Below are positions 33,602 to 46,330 of a DNA stretch of 64,000 bases, in pieces. The translations under genes and the position numbers were made by a program. How positions within the stretch are numbered: position 1 is the first letter of the stretch; each line of letters opens with the position of its first letter. The stretch spans positions 6,014,001 through 6,078,000 of the forward strand of contig OZ176053.1 of NCBI GenBank assembly GCA_964247055.1, written 5' to 3'. A model generated the notes under the pieces. The model saw only the letters and a list, made by a program, of their open reading frames with translations, was not told the DNA's origin and ran no database searches. This DNA is from Paragordius varius. Lineage: Eukaryota > Animalia > Nematomorpha.

Positions 33602-34959
33602 TAGGGTTGGGATTTTGACCCCCTTTTTTTGAAAAAGGCGACCTAGATCATACCATATGTTATTGCCAATAATAAATAACTACATACATAAATACTTGAT
33701 TAAATCACATAAAAAAGGTTTTTACATAAAGTATATATTTTTTAAAATTATACTTTCACCAATCCTGATAATTTAAATTTCTACAATTGACGGAATCATA
33801 CATAAAGACTTGTAGAAAGTTTCAAATCACAGAAAGCTAAGACTAACGAGAAAATATGAACTTATTAAAACCTATTTATGCTCAATTTAGATTGTTTAAA
33901 AACGAGTCCTTGTCCATGAACTTAACGTTAACTTAGGATGGTTCCTAAATTTTTTATCTTTGAAATTTTTTATACGATTTATTAGATTTAATATATAATC
34001 GTGCTCACTTCATTTAAAATTTCAGTAATCTTAGCGAGTTTAATATATTCTTTGATCAAATTATTTAAAATATGACATTGACATCCATGCCATATTATAT
34101 TAGGATATTCTTTATTAATTATATTTTCAGCAGCCTTCATGTTCGCTGCATTATCGGTCACAATGGCATTAATTTTTTAAATTTATCTTTTATTAGTTCC
34201 ATTATGTTATAGATACATTCGGCAGTTTTACTATGATAAGATGTGTCAATAGTTAATAAAAATGATTTTTGGGATCCTTGACCAATAAATAATATTAATT
34301 TGCCCTACGAATATTGGTAAAGGGATCGACGATTAATGAAATGTTATTTTTACATATTCCAATAACTTCTATTTTTATATCTTCATGACATGAATCTAGT
34401 AATTCATTGGAAATCTGTTTTCTATGAATAGGGTAATTAGGTTTAAAGTATAAATGAAACTCCGTATTTTCAACTATGTTAAGAGTTGAGGATGTAAAAA
34501 TAAATTTTGCTAAATATTTCTGACTAAATTCTCTTAAAAACATAAATTTTAAATACTAAACTTAAAAAATTAAATAATTAGCTTGCTCGAGCATCACCCT
34601 CTGTCATATAATTTATTTCATGAATTTCTTTTAGTGTTTCTTTCGGTTTATATAAATATATATAGTTAATTGCAATTTTTTGCATGTAACTTGATTTTTT
34701 TGATCGAAAAATTTGCACAAAGCTGATTTCATTATGATTTAGGAAGTAAAGAAAAGATGTGTATCATAAAATATTTAAAACAAAATAATACATATATAGA
34801 TAATATAAGGTTTGATTTCCTAAAAATTGTAAAAATAAAAAAAAATAAAAAATTTAAAAAAATAAAAAAAATTGACCTAGGTCATTTTTTTTCGTAGTCA
34901 TGACCATGGTCATGACCTAGGTCATGACCCTAGGTCATTGACTTATGGGCACAACCCTA
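33602..34959 (-). mobile_element. Internally deleted hAT transposon with transposase remnants
   Basis: Ends TAGGGTTG.../GCACAACCCTA with a perfect 8-bp TSD GTTATAAT. Minus-strand AIVTDNAANMKAA (~34120-34170) and ISLIVDPFTNIR (degenerate LxxDxWT region). Confidence 0.88.
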
Positions 34960-36962
34960 GTTATAATATTCGTTAATACTATGTAAGCATTGAATATCAG
35001 TTAAATCCTGATATGTTTATCGGAATATATAGATCCTGGGTTTTTTAGAGCCAATTACTGTAAAATATAATTTTAAAACCCAACATCCTATAATGCAAGA
35101 ATCAGGGGCCAAAAATAACATTTATTAATGAATTATTAAGATTCTTATGACTTTTTTTGATCTTATGGCTTATTAATCTATGTAAGTGTAACATTAATAA
35201 ATGCCCTACACCAAAGAATCGAAGCGCCCATTACAATGGAAATGTTTTTGGTAGTAATTAAATGCTTAAACCCAAATCAAATATTTAGTAATAATAAATA
35301 AGATGCCAAATTTTATGTTATAAATGTTATTCTGATCGGAACTCCGAAAGTCTCACCTTCCCCTGGGGTTTTTATGGCGATACTAATTAATCAATTGTGG
35401 TTTCTACCCATTAAATGAGATACCATTAGCCCTTTAGGAGAGTCTGTTAGCACCACAAGTTAAACATTGATCATTTCATATTCGTCCTTTAGCCCCTCAA
35501 ATTGGTCCTTGAAAACTAGTTGATGCTAAAACTTTTTAATTTTGCATAATAATTTTTGGTTGCATTTTGGTATTTTTATTTAGCCTAAATTCTTCATATG
35601 TTATACATTTAAAATTCACATTTCATTCAAATACAACTTGGACTCAAACTAATTTTTAACTCCACAATATTTTCAACTTATTAATCCTATTGCAATTTGT
35701 AACCTAGAAAATTTATATATATTAGTTATGAACCATATTAATAATTAAATAATTTCAATAATTGTATAAAAAAATACTGTTCTTGGGTGAAAAATTAATA
35801 TTGATCTAAAAGTTAAGAAAATGGTTGAAAGTAGAAGTTTTGGGCATAATAAAATTTAAAAGGAATTCGAAATGTTTAACGAACTTGAAGTGTTCAAGGA
35901 GAAATTTGAACTTGACAATATTAATATTGAATAATCATTCTCTTGAATTGTAAATGTTTTTTTAAAAATATAAAAATTAAAAACTAGATATGTGTTTTGT
36001 TTAGTCAACAAGGTTCAAATCCGAAAATAATATTTTTAAAGTGAAAAACTATATTTTACACTAATTTTCACAATTTCAAAAACTAAGGTAGATATGAGCA
36101 CATCTATATTTTTTTTCTACCATCGTGGTTTTTCTGTATTCCTAATATTGTCAATAATCATGAAATCGCTGAAAATCCCGTTTCCCTTGATTCTGAGAAA
36201 CCAGATAAAACAGTTATAATAATTGTAATGCTAAGTGTTGGTTATATGCATTCAGTCGTTGAAAAACATAACCGCCATAGAATTGATAATTAAAATTTTG
36301 GTTTTTGTGGGTTTAGTTTTATAAGATTCTCTATTAGAAACTGAAGTTATTATCAAATTGGATTTTTTTGGAATCATTCTTTGTATATTTTATATTTATG
36401 CTATCCGACTCAATAATTAATAAAGTTAATTTAATTCTGGAGACCTTATTGCAGATAAATAACATGGATACTTTAATCCAGCATTGATAACGCTAAACTA
36501 TTTTGTTTCACTATTTAAAGCTTTTAACTAATTCCTTTATTTTTATTGACAAAACGTAAAATTTACCTTAATTAATAATATAAGTTATAATTTTAATTAT
36601 CTCCTAAATTACAAAAATCGTGCTTCTTTTTAATTAAAAAGGGCTAAGTAGCAAGAAACCTTACATTGCATTTATAAGTTTATTAGCCTAAATATGTGGT
36701 AAGTGGTATTGGAAAAGATTTCTAAACAGCCTTTTTTAACCCTTCAGTAAAAAAATAAATTGGAAAGAGTTAGTTTGACAAATGGCGCATAAATGGTTTG
36801 CTTTTTAGCTTTAATCTAATTTTTCATTAATAATGATAAATTTTGTTAACTAATATTGATATATCTTCCTATCAACTAAAATAAGTTCCATCAACAATAT
36901 AAGTAAAATATATAATTTATGCATTATTCAAATAATTCATAGTATAACAATATAATGATTTT

Positions 36963-38204
36963 TTACAGTTTATTAAATATTTTAATTATGCTATTTTTTA
37001 TATTTGATACTTCCAACATTAAAGATATATAGACTCCAAGGATGGGATTAAGAAATCGAAAAAATTGAACAATAGTTCTTATTTTTGAATTTTTGAAGTT
37101 TTTAAGGTCAAAAAATGCACTTCCAAAGTACAAAACGCACACGATGAGAGGCATATTGAAAATGATAAGAGCTATACTTTGGGATATTAGAAAAATACGA
37201 TATCTTTTTAGGATCCGTAATTTTTGATTGACCTTTTTTTCCGTTGATAATTGTTCTTTTACCGACACACTCCTGGTTAATGTATCTTTGTTTGACATGT
37301 TTATCGTGTTTAACAGTTCTTTCTGATTTTTCAACGGGAATATTTTATTAAAATACCGACACGAGATGGTTAAATCTCGATGGAGCGATGATACGTTTAA
37401 AACATTTCTGTATTTTGATAAATAGCAATGGGTAAAATTAATTACCATACGTTTTACGGGATTATAAATATTGTTTTTGTAAGTGTGGGCAAATATGTGC
37501 CTACAAGGCGACGATACCGATTTGGAAATAAGGTAGCTATTACAAAGCATAGTTACACAGAATGGTATGATAAAGTATACAACGATTAATGAGATATCGT
37601 AAATCACGATCCAAGATTCTTTCACGAAATAAACGGTATAGTATTGAACAAGATGATGCGTATTATTACTTACGTACCACTTTTCAGCCATTTGATATCG
37701 CCAAACTAGGGGAAGACAAGAAAAAAAGTTAACACTAAAGATGAGGAGACATAGGCTACCTACCGTCTTCGAATTGACATGGCGAATGTATAGAACGGGC
37801 CATTGATAGGCTACTAATCTATCCATTGAAACTAGTGCTGTTATAACATTCGTGTTATTGAGGCCAAACCTTAGGATGACCCAAGACACATGGCTAAAGT
37901 ACCAAATGATCCATCGTGATTGTATGACATACAAAAAATGTGAGTATAGCGTAATAGGATAAAAAATAAAATTGATGCAACTTACCGTATCCGATATTGC
38001 ATTGTAATAAAGATAAATGAAAATGTGAGGATGTCGCGAAGTCTTTGTGACACAGAATAAAAATATGACATTACCTAAAAGACCAAACGAAACGAAAATG
38101 GGTAATACATATTTGAATAAAATTATGTCAATCACATTGAAGCGAAAGTATATTATGCTAGAATTTTGGTCTAAATTATTTGAATAATTTATTAGGCTAT
38201 TCAT
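36963..38204 (-). CDS. Intronless class A GPCR, FMRFamide/peptide-receptor-like, 413 aa
   Basis: TM1 GLLGN, TM2 AISD, TM3 SMDRL, TM6 FNMP, TM7 LNPIL; same architecture as 22829-24166. Confidence 0.87.
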   Translation of the reverse strand: MNSLINYSNNLDQNSSIIYFRFNVIDIILFKYVLPIFVSFGLLGNVIFLFCVTKTSRHPHIFIYLYYNAISDTVSCINFIFYPITLYSHFLYVIQSRWIIWYFSHVSWVILRFGLNNTNVITALVSMDRLVAYQWPVLYIRHVNSKTVGSLCLLIFSVNFFSCLPLVWRYQMAEKWYVSNNTHHLVQYYTVYFVKESWIVIYDISLIVVYFIIPFCVTMLCNSYLISKSVSSPCRHIFAHTYKNNIYNPVKRMVINFTHCYLSKYRNVLNVSSLHRDLTISCRYFNKIFPLKNQKELLNTINMSNKDTLTRSVSVKEQLSTEKKVNQKLRILKRYRIFLISQSIALIIFNMPLIVCVLYFGSAFFDLKNFKNSKIRTIVQFFRFLNPILGVYISLMLEVSNIKNSIIKIFNKL

Positions 38205-38939
38205 TTAATATACAAAAGCTAGCTAAAAATATTTTTAAATAACAAAATATTATAAGAATACCTACTATATATTTTATAACTGATTACACACAAATACGCT
38301 TATATATAAATTCAATATATCTAATACATTATTTTTAAAAGCTTTTAACATAAACCTGTTTGCGCTGTTTAATAACCTTTATAGTTTTCGGGGCAAATGA
38401 CACCCAATTGTGAAAAGGTAAAATTCCAATACAAATTACCATAAAAAATTGATTAAATGTTTTTTATTTCTTTTATTGATTTTTGATGACTGTATAATTT
38501 GGGTTATTTTATCCTTATAAGGAAGGGAAAACATTAGCAATAATGAAAAACTAATTAATTTATTATAGTTACCATATTTAAAAACCTATTAAATAATTAA
38601 ATTTTTTAAATGTAGGTTTACCTATTGTTTATATAATTTAATTCATTGATTTAACTTTAAAAGCAAATTAAAATCAGTGGGGGAACCCGATGCCACATGA
38701 GATATTAACTAGAGGAATGTCCTCAGGGCTAATGAAAGCAGAAATTTTTTTGAAAATAGAGATCAATATTTCCAGCATTCTATATTATTATTTTAAATTC
38801 AGTTAAATTGGTTAAATAAATGACTCGTTTGTAATAGTTATTGATGGACGGAACTATTCTTTACCATTTGAACCAACTTAAAAGCGCGCAGAATCGCTAT
38901 GGCTAAAACGGCCAAGTAATTATTATGCTTAAAACTAAA

Positions 38940-39260
38940 TTTCGGTTCACGAATGCAATCATTTTTTAGAACTTTTCTCTACGGGTGTAAAGGTTTGACC
39001 TTAAATAAATCTGACGAACGAATAATAAACTCATTTAAACTTTTGGAGAAAACTCCTGCAAATAAAATTGACGGACAGATAACCAACAACAAAATTTTAA
39101 ATAAAATCAATCCCATATGTCACGGCTTGGAATGTTCATCTGCACTCAATGGAAAAGTCCTTGAAGTAGGGAAAGGTTAGTGGTCCACGTAAAAGGGGAT
39201 GAAGAAAGATAAGTTTGATGGACAAATTTTAAAGAAACTAATGCAACCTTGGCAGAATTT
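38940..39260 (+). mobile_element. Old LINE 3' remnant
   Basis: FLYGCKGLTLNKSDERIINSF resembles the LLYGCESWTL..DERRI..F segment C-terminal to the LINE RT domain. Confidence 0.55.
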
Positions 39261-39585
39261 AATATTATAAAAATCGCAATCTAGGGAGAAGTTTTATTTT
39301 TAATGCAAACGTCGACCTCGACTGTAGCCATCCATCATTCGACATCAGTTGTATAAACACATCGAAATTTGGATTTTAATGTAATTTCCATAGCATAATA
39401 TGCGCTTTTACGAATATGTAATTATTAGAAATAAGCTACATTTAAAAATTTTATAATTAATAATTGAAATCCTCTTAATGTTTTAAACGTGTTATTAGGA
39501 GAATTTAATTTCGGGACTTTAAAAATTTGTCATGTAAAATACCTAAAATTTAATATTTCTGGCATATATTTTTATTATCGTATTC

Positions 39586-39590
<5 letters not shown>

Positions 39591-39639
<49 letters not shown>
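39591..39639. repeat. (TA)~24 microsatellite ~140 bp upstream of the MEI1-like start
   Basis: TA run read directly. Confidence 0.95.
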
Positions 39640-39641
<2 letters not shown>

Positions 39642-39776
39642 CAATTATAAAATTTGTAATATGTCAAAAAAATATATGAGAGAAGATTAAATAAATTTAA
39701 ATTTATCTTTAATCTACTAATTATCCATTATTTTTGAATCGTCTGATATTAATTTCTTTAAGCAGACGTTTAATAT

Positions 39777-42700
39777 ATGGATTTTTGGTTATCTGAAGCG
39801 CATGTTTATCATGGATCGACTTTAACCTTTGGCGAAAAAAATGATAAATTGTGTTTATTATGTTTAATTGATATGGTCAAGGATAATAAAGTAAATTTTT
39901 AACTAAATGTAAAGTTATCTTACCTTAAAAATCTTTATGCTAGTCAGAGATTAGTAAATATGATTGGGGACCCTACCGGAGAAAAAATGGTAAAACATTT
40001 ATGTACCGAAAATCCGAAAAACACCGCAATAATAATTATAAAATATATTGGTAAACATCAAATAATTTTTACTTAGATCTGATAAGCGAAAGAAAAGAAT
40101 TTAATGAAAACCTTTTTTCAAGTAATAATATTTTAAATAAAAAAGTTATAATAAAATTTACCAAGGAAACTAATTCCACCACATTCACCTTGGACATTTT
40201 AAATGAACTATTTGAAAGAGTAGAAAATATTTTAATATCAAGTTTATGAGCAGAAAAAATCAACATTACCTTAAACTAATTGAGTTTATGTTGGAAGAAT
40301 TTAATTTTTTGATACCGAATATTATAAATAGAAATGGTATGTATAACAACAATTTTTAGATGCAATCACTGAATTTTTAGAATTATTGGATAACCCAGCA
40401 TATCGTGCCTCAATAATACAAATATTTTGTAGGTGCATATTATTTCTCAACCAAAATTGTATAAAACCAATTTTTTCTTTTACTAAAATTATTTACGAAA
40501 AGGTTATTTATATAGTTTAATTTATCAGGTTCTTAAATTACTCGTTAGTAATCAAGATTGCGTATTAAGTCCTAAGTTTATAGTGTTATTAGAACATTTA
40601 TTAGATATTAAATGTGATGAATTCCAATCCTTTTTAACAAATAATATTTCTTGCAAAAACGGGTTTTGCCTAGTCATGAAAAAGTTATTATTAACTAAGG
40701 GTCAAACTTTAAGGTATAATTTGTAATCTAGAATAAAGTCTATTATTAAATTTGATTCGGCTATGCATTGAGGATTCCAACGAAAAATGTTTAAGATGTC
40801 AATCTTTTTTGGATTTTGATTTCGCAGAATTACTCACAGAAACGCTTGTGATAGACAACTCAAGCATAAATGCATCAATACTTTATATTTTGATGACTTT
40901 TTCGGATCACCCAGATTTTTATAACAAATGCCACAGCTTATATTGCTTCGAATATTTACTGAATCAATGTTGTTATCAAATTAATTCGGAAAATAAAAAT
41001 CTTACATTGCAATTTATGTCCCTTTTAATACGAATCCTTAAAAATCAACCAAACGGGAGTTTGTTGACAGAAACGGTTCTTAATAAATTCATAAATATAT
41101 TAATAAAAATTCAAAATAGTGAAGAAATGAGACACATTTTGATTGAGAGCATGGAATATTTGTGTCATACGAATCTTGAAAACAGTAAAAAGAAATTCTC
41201 AAATCTTTATGTTGGTATCTTCAATATTTGTTATAATACCTACCAAACAATAAATATGAATGAGATGATAATACATGATATCAATCTTTTAACCCGAATT
41301 TTCGACATATTTTTTGGATTGTTAAACCAATTACATAATGATATAGAAAATACAAATGATTCAAAAACAATTTTAAATTCCATTCACCAAAAAATATTGG
41401 AGATAGGAATCAAATTAATAAATTTATTAACATGTGAAAATCTCAGCCCCGATCTTTTAACTGCAATAATTAAAGTAGAGAATAATGTGCTCGAAAATAT
41501 CGATACAAATATGATATTATCACTTGATTTGATACAATGGTACAATACAGTCTATAAAATTAAAGATTTCTGCAATTTAAGTACATTGATGCAGTTTATG
41601 CAAACCCTCTGCTTTATGTGTAGCAAGTGTAATGATAAAAAATTAAATAATATAAATGGTGGTAATAATAATAATGTCTTTGGAAATAATATGGAAATTA
41701 ATGACTTTTTCTTTGAAAATATGATTGTGCTGAATTCGATACCTAAAATTAATCATTATTTAACAAACAGTGCCAATGGTAATATGGAAGAAATTCCGGC
41801 CATAATCCAGGCCATAAGATTTTTTTTCTTGTTTCATTGGGAGGTGGATTGGGGAATTAATGATAATGAGACGTTAAATCATTCCATAGTTTTTGTAACA
41901 AATGCCACCATACTATTTACAAAGTATATTCAAATTTGTGATCCCATTGTAATCAAGTGTCTCTTCTTTTCCATTAAAGTAGCTGTTATAAATATCAATT
42001 TTATAGAATTTTCAAACTTTGATGGACACAAAAGAAGAAGGATTCAATTTGGCTATCCAGTTTTCTTTGTTATTGAATAAATTTAAACAAGTCAATCCAT
42101 TAATCATGGAATACATTTTGGATTGGCCGAAATTGAGTTTTATTACATGGTGGGCGGAATACCTGTTTGTTTCGAAAATACGGTTGCAGCTACCAGATAT
42201 GAATACAATTTTTTATGAAACCATCCTTACTTTCCCATTAAATGAGGTAAATTAATATTTTATTATTTTATTTTTAGGAAATACTTAAAGTACTTTCCAT
42301 AGACACAGAATCTTTTTTTGATTACAGTTGTCATTGTTTAAATAAAAATGTACATGTGGATCGGTTAACGGAATTGATACCGCAATTATTAATCCATTAT
42401 TTTTGTACTCATGACGAAAATAACAAGGAGATTAATGAATGTGCTGGAAAGATATTAATAAATATCCATAAAAACATTTTAGATTTGGGGATGAAAACGA
42501 ACGTTCAAAACACATATAGAATTTTATTGAAATGGCTAATAATTATATTGGAACAATTGGGAACAATGAAACTCAAAGTACCGCTACAAATCGGGTATAA
42601 ATTAATAAAACAAGGTAGTATTTAATAGTAACACTTTAAGTTTTAAAACTGTTTGAGGAATGTGAAGAATCTTTATCAATTATATGCCTGGAGATATTAG

Positions 42701-43468
42701 TCCTATTGATGCCCTTCGATTCTCAATCCACTAAGAGTGGTGATAGCGACCAAAAACATTTTTGTGACGTTATATATAAACTTTTTGTTAAAAGCGCCAA
42801 GATATGGAATAAATATATTAAAGTTTGGATGGAGTTTCCCTATGATCCTTCAGTTGTTAAAATGGCAAATTCGCTTTTACACAATTGTCATAATAATAAA
42901 TTGTTGGATGCGAAACATGAAACAGTAAAAATAATCATTTAATTTTAGCCATTAAATATTGATATGCAAAAAATAAGTTTAGGATTGCAATATGAAAATT
43001 ATGATTGTCGAATTGAGTTATTAAAATTGCTCCTTATATTGCATGAAACAAGTAATACACAATGGATTACGGTAAGTTACGAAAATTCGGCATTAAACAA
43101 AAAATTTTGGTTTTCTAAAGTCTCTAAACCAGTGTTTTTCCAAATTATTTCTCACACTATTCAGGTACATGGATATAAATGATATATTTTATGTTTTTTA
43201 GGAGGACCCTCTTGATGTTTTAGCGTTTTATCTCCTGTCTAAAATAGTTTTATGCGCTAAAATTGAACAAAACGATAAATGGCTTCAAGATATGTTTCAA
43301 GATCCTTGGTTTGATTTTATTTGCCACATCTATTTCGAAGGTCCCAAGCGACTCATTATTGTTAATCGTCGCGAGTACCCATCGCCTCTGTCTTACGAAA
43401 GTATTAAAGATGTTTTTGATGCCATGGAGGATTTATGGAAAACCGAACGAATCGACATTACAATTTAG
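39777..43468 (+). CDS. MEI1: Divergent meiotic double-strand-break factor MEI1 orthologue, ~1117 aa, 13 exons
   Basis: Exons 39777-39890, 39915-40050, 40077-40120, 40166-40219, 40243-40336, 40360-40502, 40529-40713, 40739-41978, 42007-42246, 42278-42614, 42641-42924, 42949-43164, 43202-43468 (3354 nt, open). AHVYH...LCLLC resembles human MEI1 AHYRH...LCLAC, and LVMKKLLLTKGQTL resembles LVLKKLLLSRDETL (recalled, not searched). Confidence 0.72.
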
Positions 43469-44059
43469 TTTTATGTCTAGCACCTTTAGAGATTCAGCTC
43501 TGTTTAAATAACAAAAGTGTTGATTTAATTTTAAAACGCAAATAAGCACCTCATAATATAAAAATTTGCAGCGATTTAATTATTTTATAATATATATTAT
43601 ATGTTTATTGTCATATATGCAGAGCTTGTTTCCAAGATTAGCACAATTTTAGCTTTCAATCGCTTAAATACGATTTTAAAATAGTTAGGCTAAATTGTAT
43701 GGCTAAAATAAAAAATTGCAAGTAAACTATTCCTTTGATTAAATTAAGATGAAAATCTTTAGCGATATTGAATAAGAAAAATATTTCACGATCTTTGATT
43801 TTCTATATTGTTTCCACCAATACAAAGCACCATAAAATACACTTCCACAAAACTTAAATATAATTTGAATTTTAAAACAAATTATTGTATTTAAAAATAT
43901 TTTCCAAAATTATAATCCAGCACATTAATAAATGTTTTCGCGTAATCTCGGCACTTTTGCGTTTATTTTATATAACAGCTCGCTTTAAATGGGTACAAAA
44001 TTACTTTAATCGATATGATTATGTCAAGCTATTCTTAAAACACTTTTACGAATATTAGA

Positions 44060-46330
44060 ACAATCCCGAACTGCAGTTGCAACACAAGTTGGTAATCGCA
44101 GATCCTAAAATTACCCTATCACATCAACCAGTTAACACAGTATTAAAACTACGTTACAACAAACTAAAACATCCATCTACCGTGAAAGCCTATAAAAAGC
44201 TGGTATCAAATAAAGTTTCTAATTCGTCTAATAACTGGAGCACCTTTAGACAATTATGTGTTGATTCATTGGAAAAGGTGGCAGGACGCTGTAAAAAGGT
44301 AAATAACATCAAGTTTAAATGGTGGTGGGACGTTGCTATTAAGGATTGTATTAGATTGAAAAAGTTAGCTTTTAAGAAATAAAAAGCCGAAAAAACAGTT
44401 GAATCCAAATTAGAATATTCCATCGAAAAGAAAAAATGTCGGAAAACAATAAGGGAAATGATAAGCAAAAAGGGTCATGAAGAGGGCTTGAAAATGGATA
44501 CCCAGGTTAAATCACAATCCATATACAAATCAATAAAAGATTCATCTTCTATTCTATCAAAACAAGCAATCAAGCTACCCGATAACTCTATCAGCTATGA
44601 TCCTATCATAATAAAACAAACATGGAAGAACCATTTCTACAAAATATTCAACAGTAATGATAGTAATGATTATATACCATGTTCTACCCCTGTATTAAGT
44701 TGTGCTGAACAGTTTACGGAAATATATATGGAAAAAGGAATTCGTTACATGAAAAGGAATAAAGCCTCCGGTCCCTCTGAATTTACGGTAGAAATGATCA
44801 GCGCCTTGGATTAACTAAGCACACCGATACTGTGTAATATATTTAATAGTATAAACGATAATATAACTCCAAACGAAGAAACAATTGCTTAATAATAGCC
44901 CTATATTAGGGCAAAGGGGACAGACTCAGCCCTGACTCCTATCGCCCAATAAAATTACTCGAACATGGTATGAAACTATTTGAACATATTCTATTAAATA
45001 AGCTAAAAGATAGGATATATATAAATGAAATGCGGTGTGGTTTCTTGCCCAACAAAGAAACCACAGATGCCATCTTCATACTAAGACAACTTCAATAAGC
45101 ACACCTTCGAAATAGCCCCTTTTATGCCTTCATCGACCTTGAAAAGGCATTTGATTCCGTACCCCGAACTCTACATGGGCCCTACGAAACAATGGCATTG
45201 ACGAATGGATAGTTAAATCAATAATGGCATTATATACCGAGTGCAAAGCTCAGTGGCGACAAGCGTAGGGTACTCCGACTCTCTCTAAATTAACTCCGGG
45301 CTGCAACAAGACTCGCTCTTCCCGTTCTTGTTCATTACTATTATAAATGAAATCACTAAACCCTTAGACCAGGGCTCACCATACAACATCTTTTATGTCG
45401 ACGACTTGGTATTAATGGCAAACAGTGAAGTGCAATTAAACACAAATCTCACGAAATGGAAAGAACGGCTAGAGATGTTTGGACTTAAGGTTAATGTATC
45501 AAAAACAAAATGAACGATAAACATCAATACAATCCAATTTAATGGCCCTGCTCAATATGTAATAAAGAAATAAAAACCAACACAATCCAATGTCTCAAAT
45601 GTAAAAAATGGGTCCACAAGATATGCTCTCAGTTGAAATCGCTAAAATTACATCACGATTTTATATGCAGCAATTGCGCCACGCCCAACCCAACTAAGCT
45701 TCCACAAAGTGTACGTAATGAAGAGCCTTTTGATACAGTACAAAGTTTCACATATTTGGGTGACATTATAAGCGCTGGTGGGGGCCTTGAACCAGCCATA
45801 AATAACCGTATAAAAAACGCCTGGTTAAAATACCACCAATCAAAAGTATTATAAACAATAAATACATCTCATTCAAATCCAAATCGACTATGTACACCAC
45901 CACCATACGACCCGTTCTAATTTACGCAACCGAAGCTATGGCTTTAACCAAATAAATTCACTAAAGTTACAACAAGCGGAAAGGAGAATTCTAAAAACTA
46001 TACTTTATGCAACAAACCCAAACCTCTATAACTACAATAATAAACCCATATACTGTCCTACAAATGACTCCGCTTCTCGACTGTTTGCGCACAAATCTTC
46101 TGAGATTCGCAGGACATGTTCACCGACGCCCACATGAAAGTTAACTATATCGTATGGTCAATTTTTCTACAAGTTTGCGAAATCGTAAAGGACGTACATT
46201 ACAAAGTTGGCTTTCTATGGTGGAAAACGATCTGTATTTTAAACCTCAAAATTGAAGGTGCGCAGGACCGATGCTTATGGCGTAAATCTATCCGAAGGGT
46301 TACCTCCTTGTTGGGAGAAAAAAACCCTTA
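44060..46330 (+). mobile_element. 5'-truncated RTE-clade LINE, degenerate
   Basis: QHKLVIAD (APE end), KASGPSE, YRPIKLLEH, FIDLEKAFDSVPR, YVDDLVL, GLKVNVSKTK, a Cys-rich PHD-like insert and a DRCLWR 3' end. Confidence 0.9.

Noticed and set aside
35200-35520. Mildly GC-enriched stretch, possible retroelement or exon remnant
   Set aside because: No convincing motif in any frame.
40121-40145. 25-nt micro-intron using the AAG at 40145
   Set aside because: It gives TTA TAA immediately; the frame stays open only with the acceptor at 40165 (45 nt).
40714-40731. 18-nt intron using the TAG at 40731
   Set aside because: It leads to an in-frame TGA within ~13 codons; the 25-nt version joins the long ORF.
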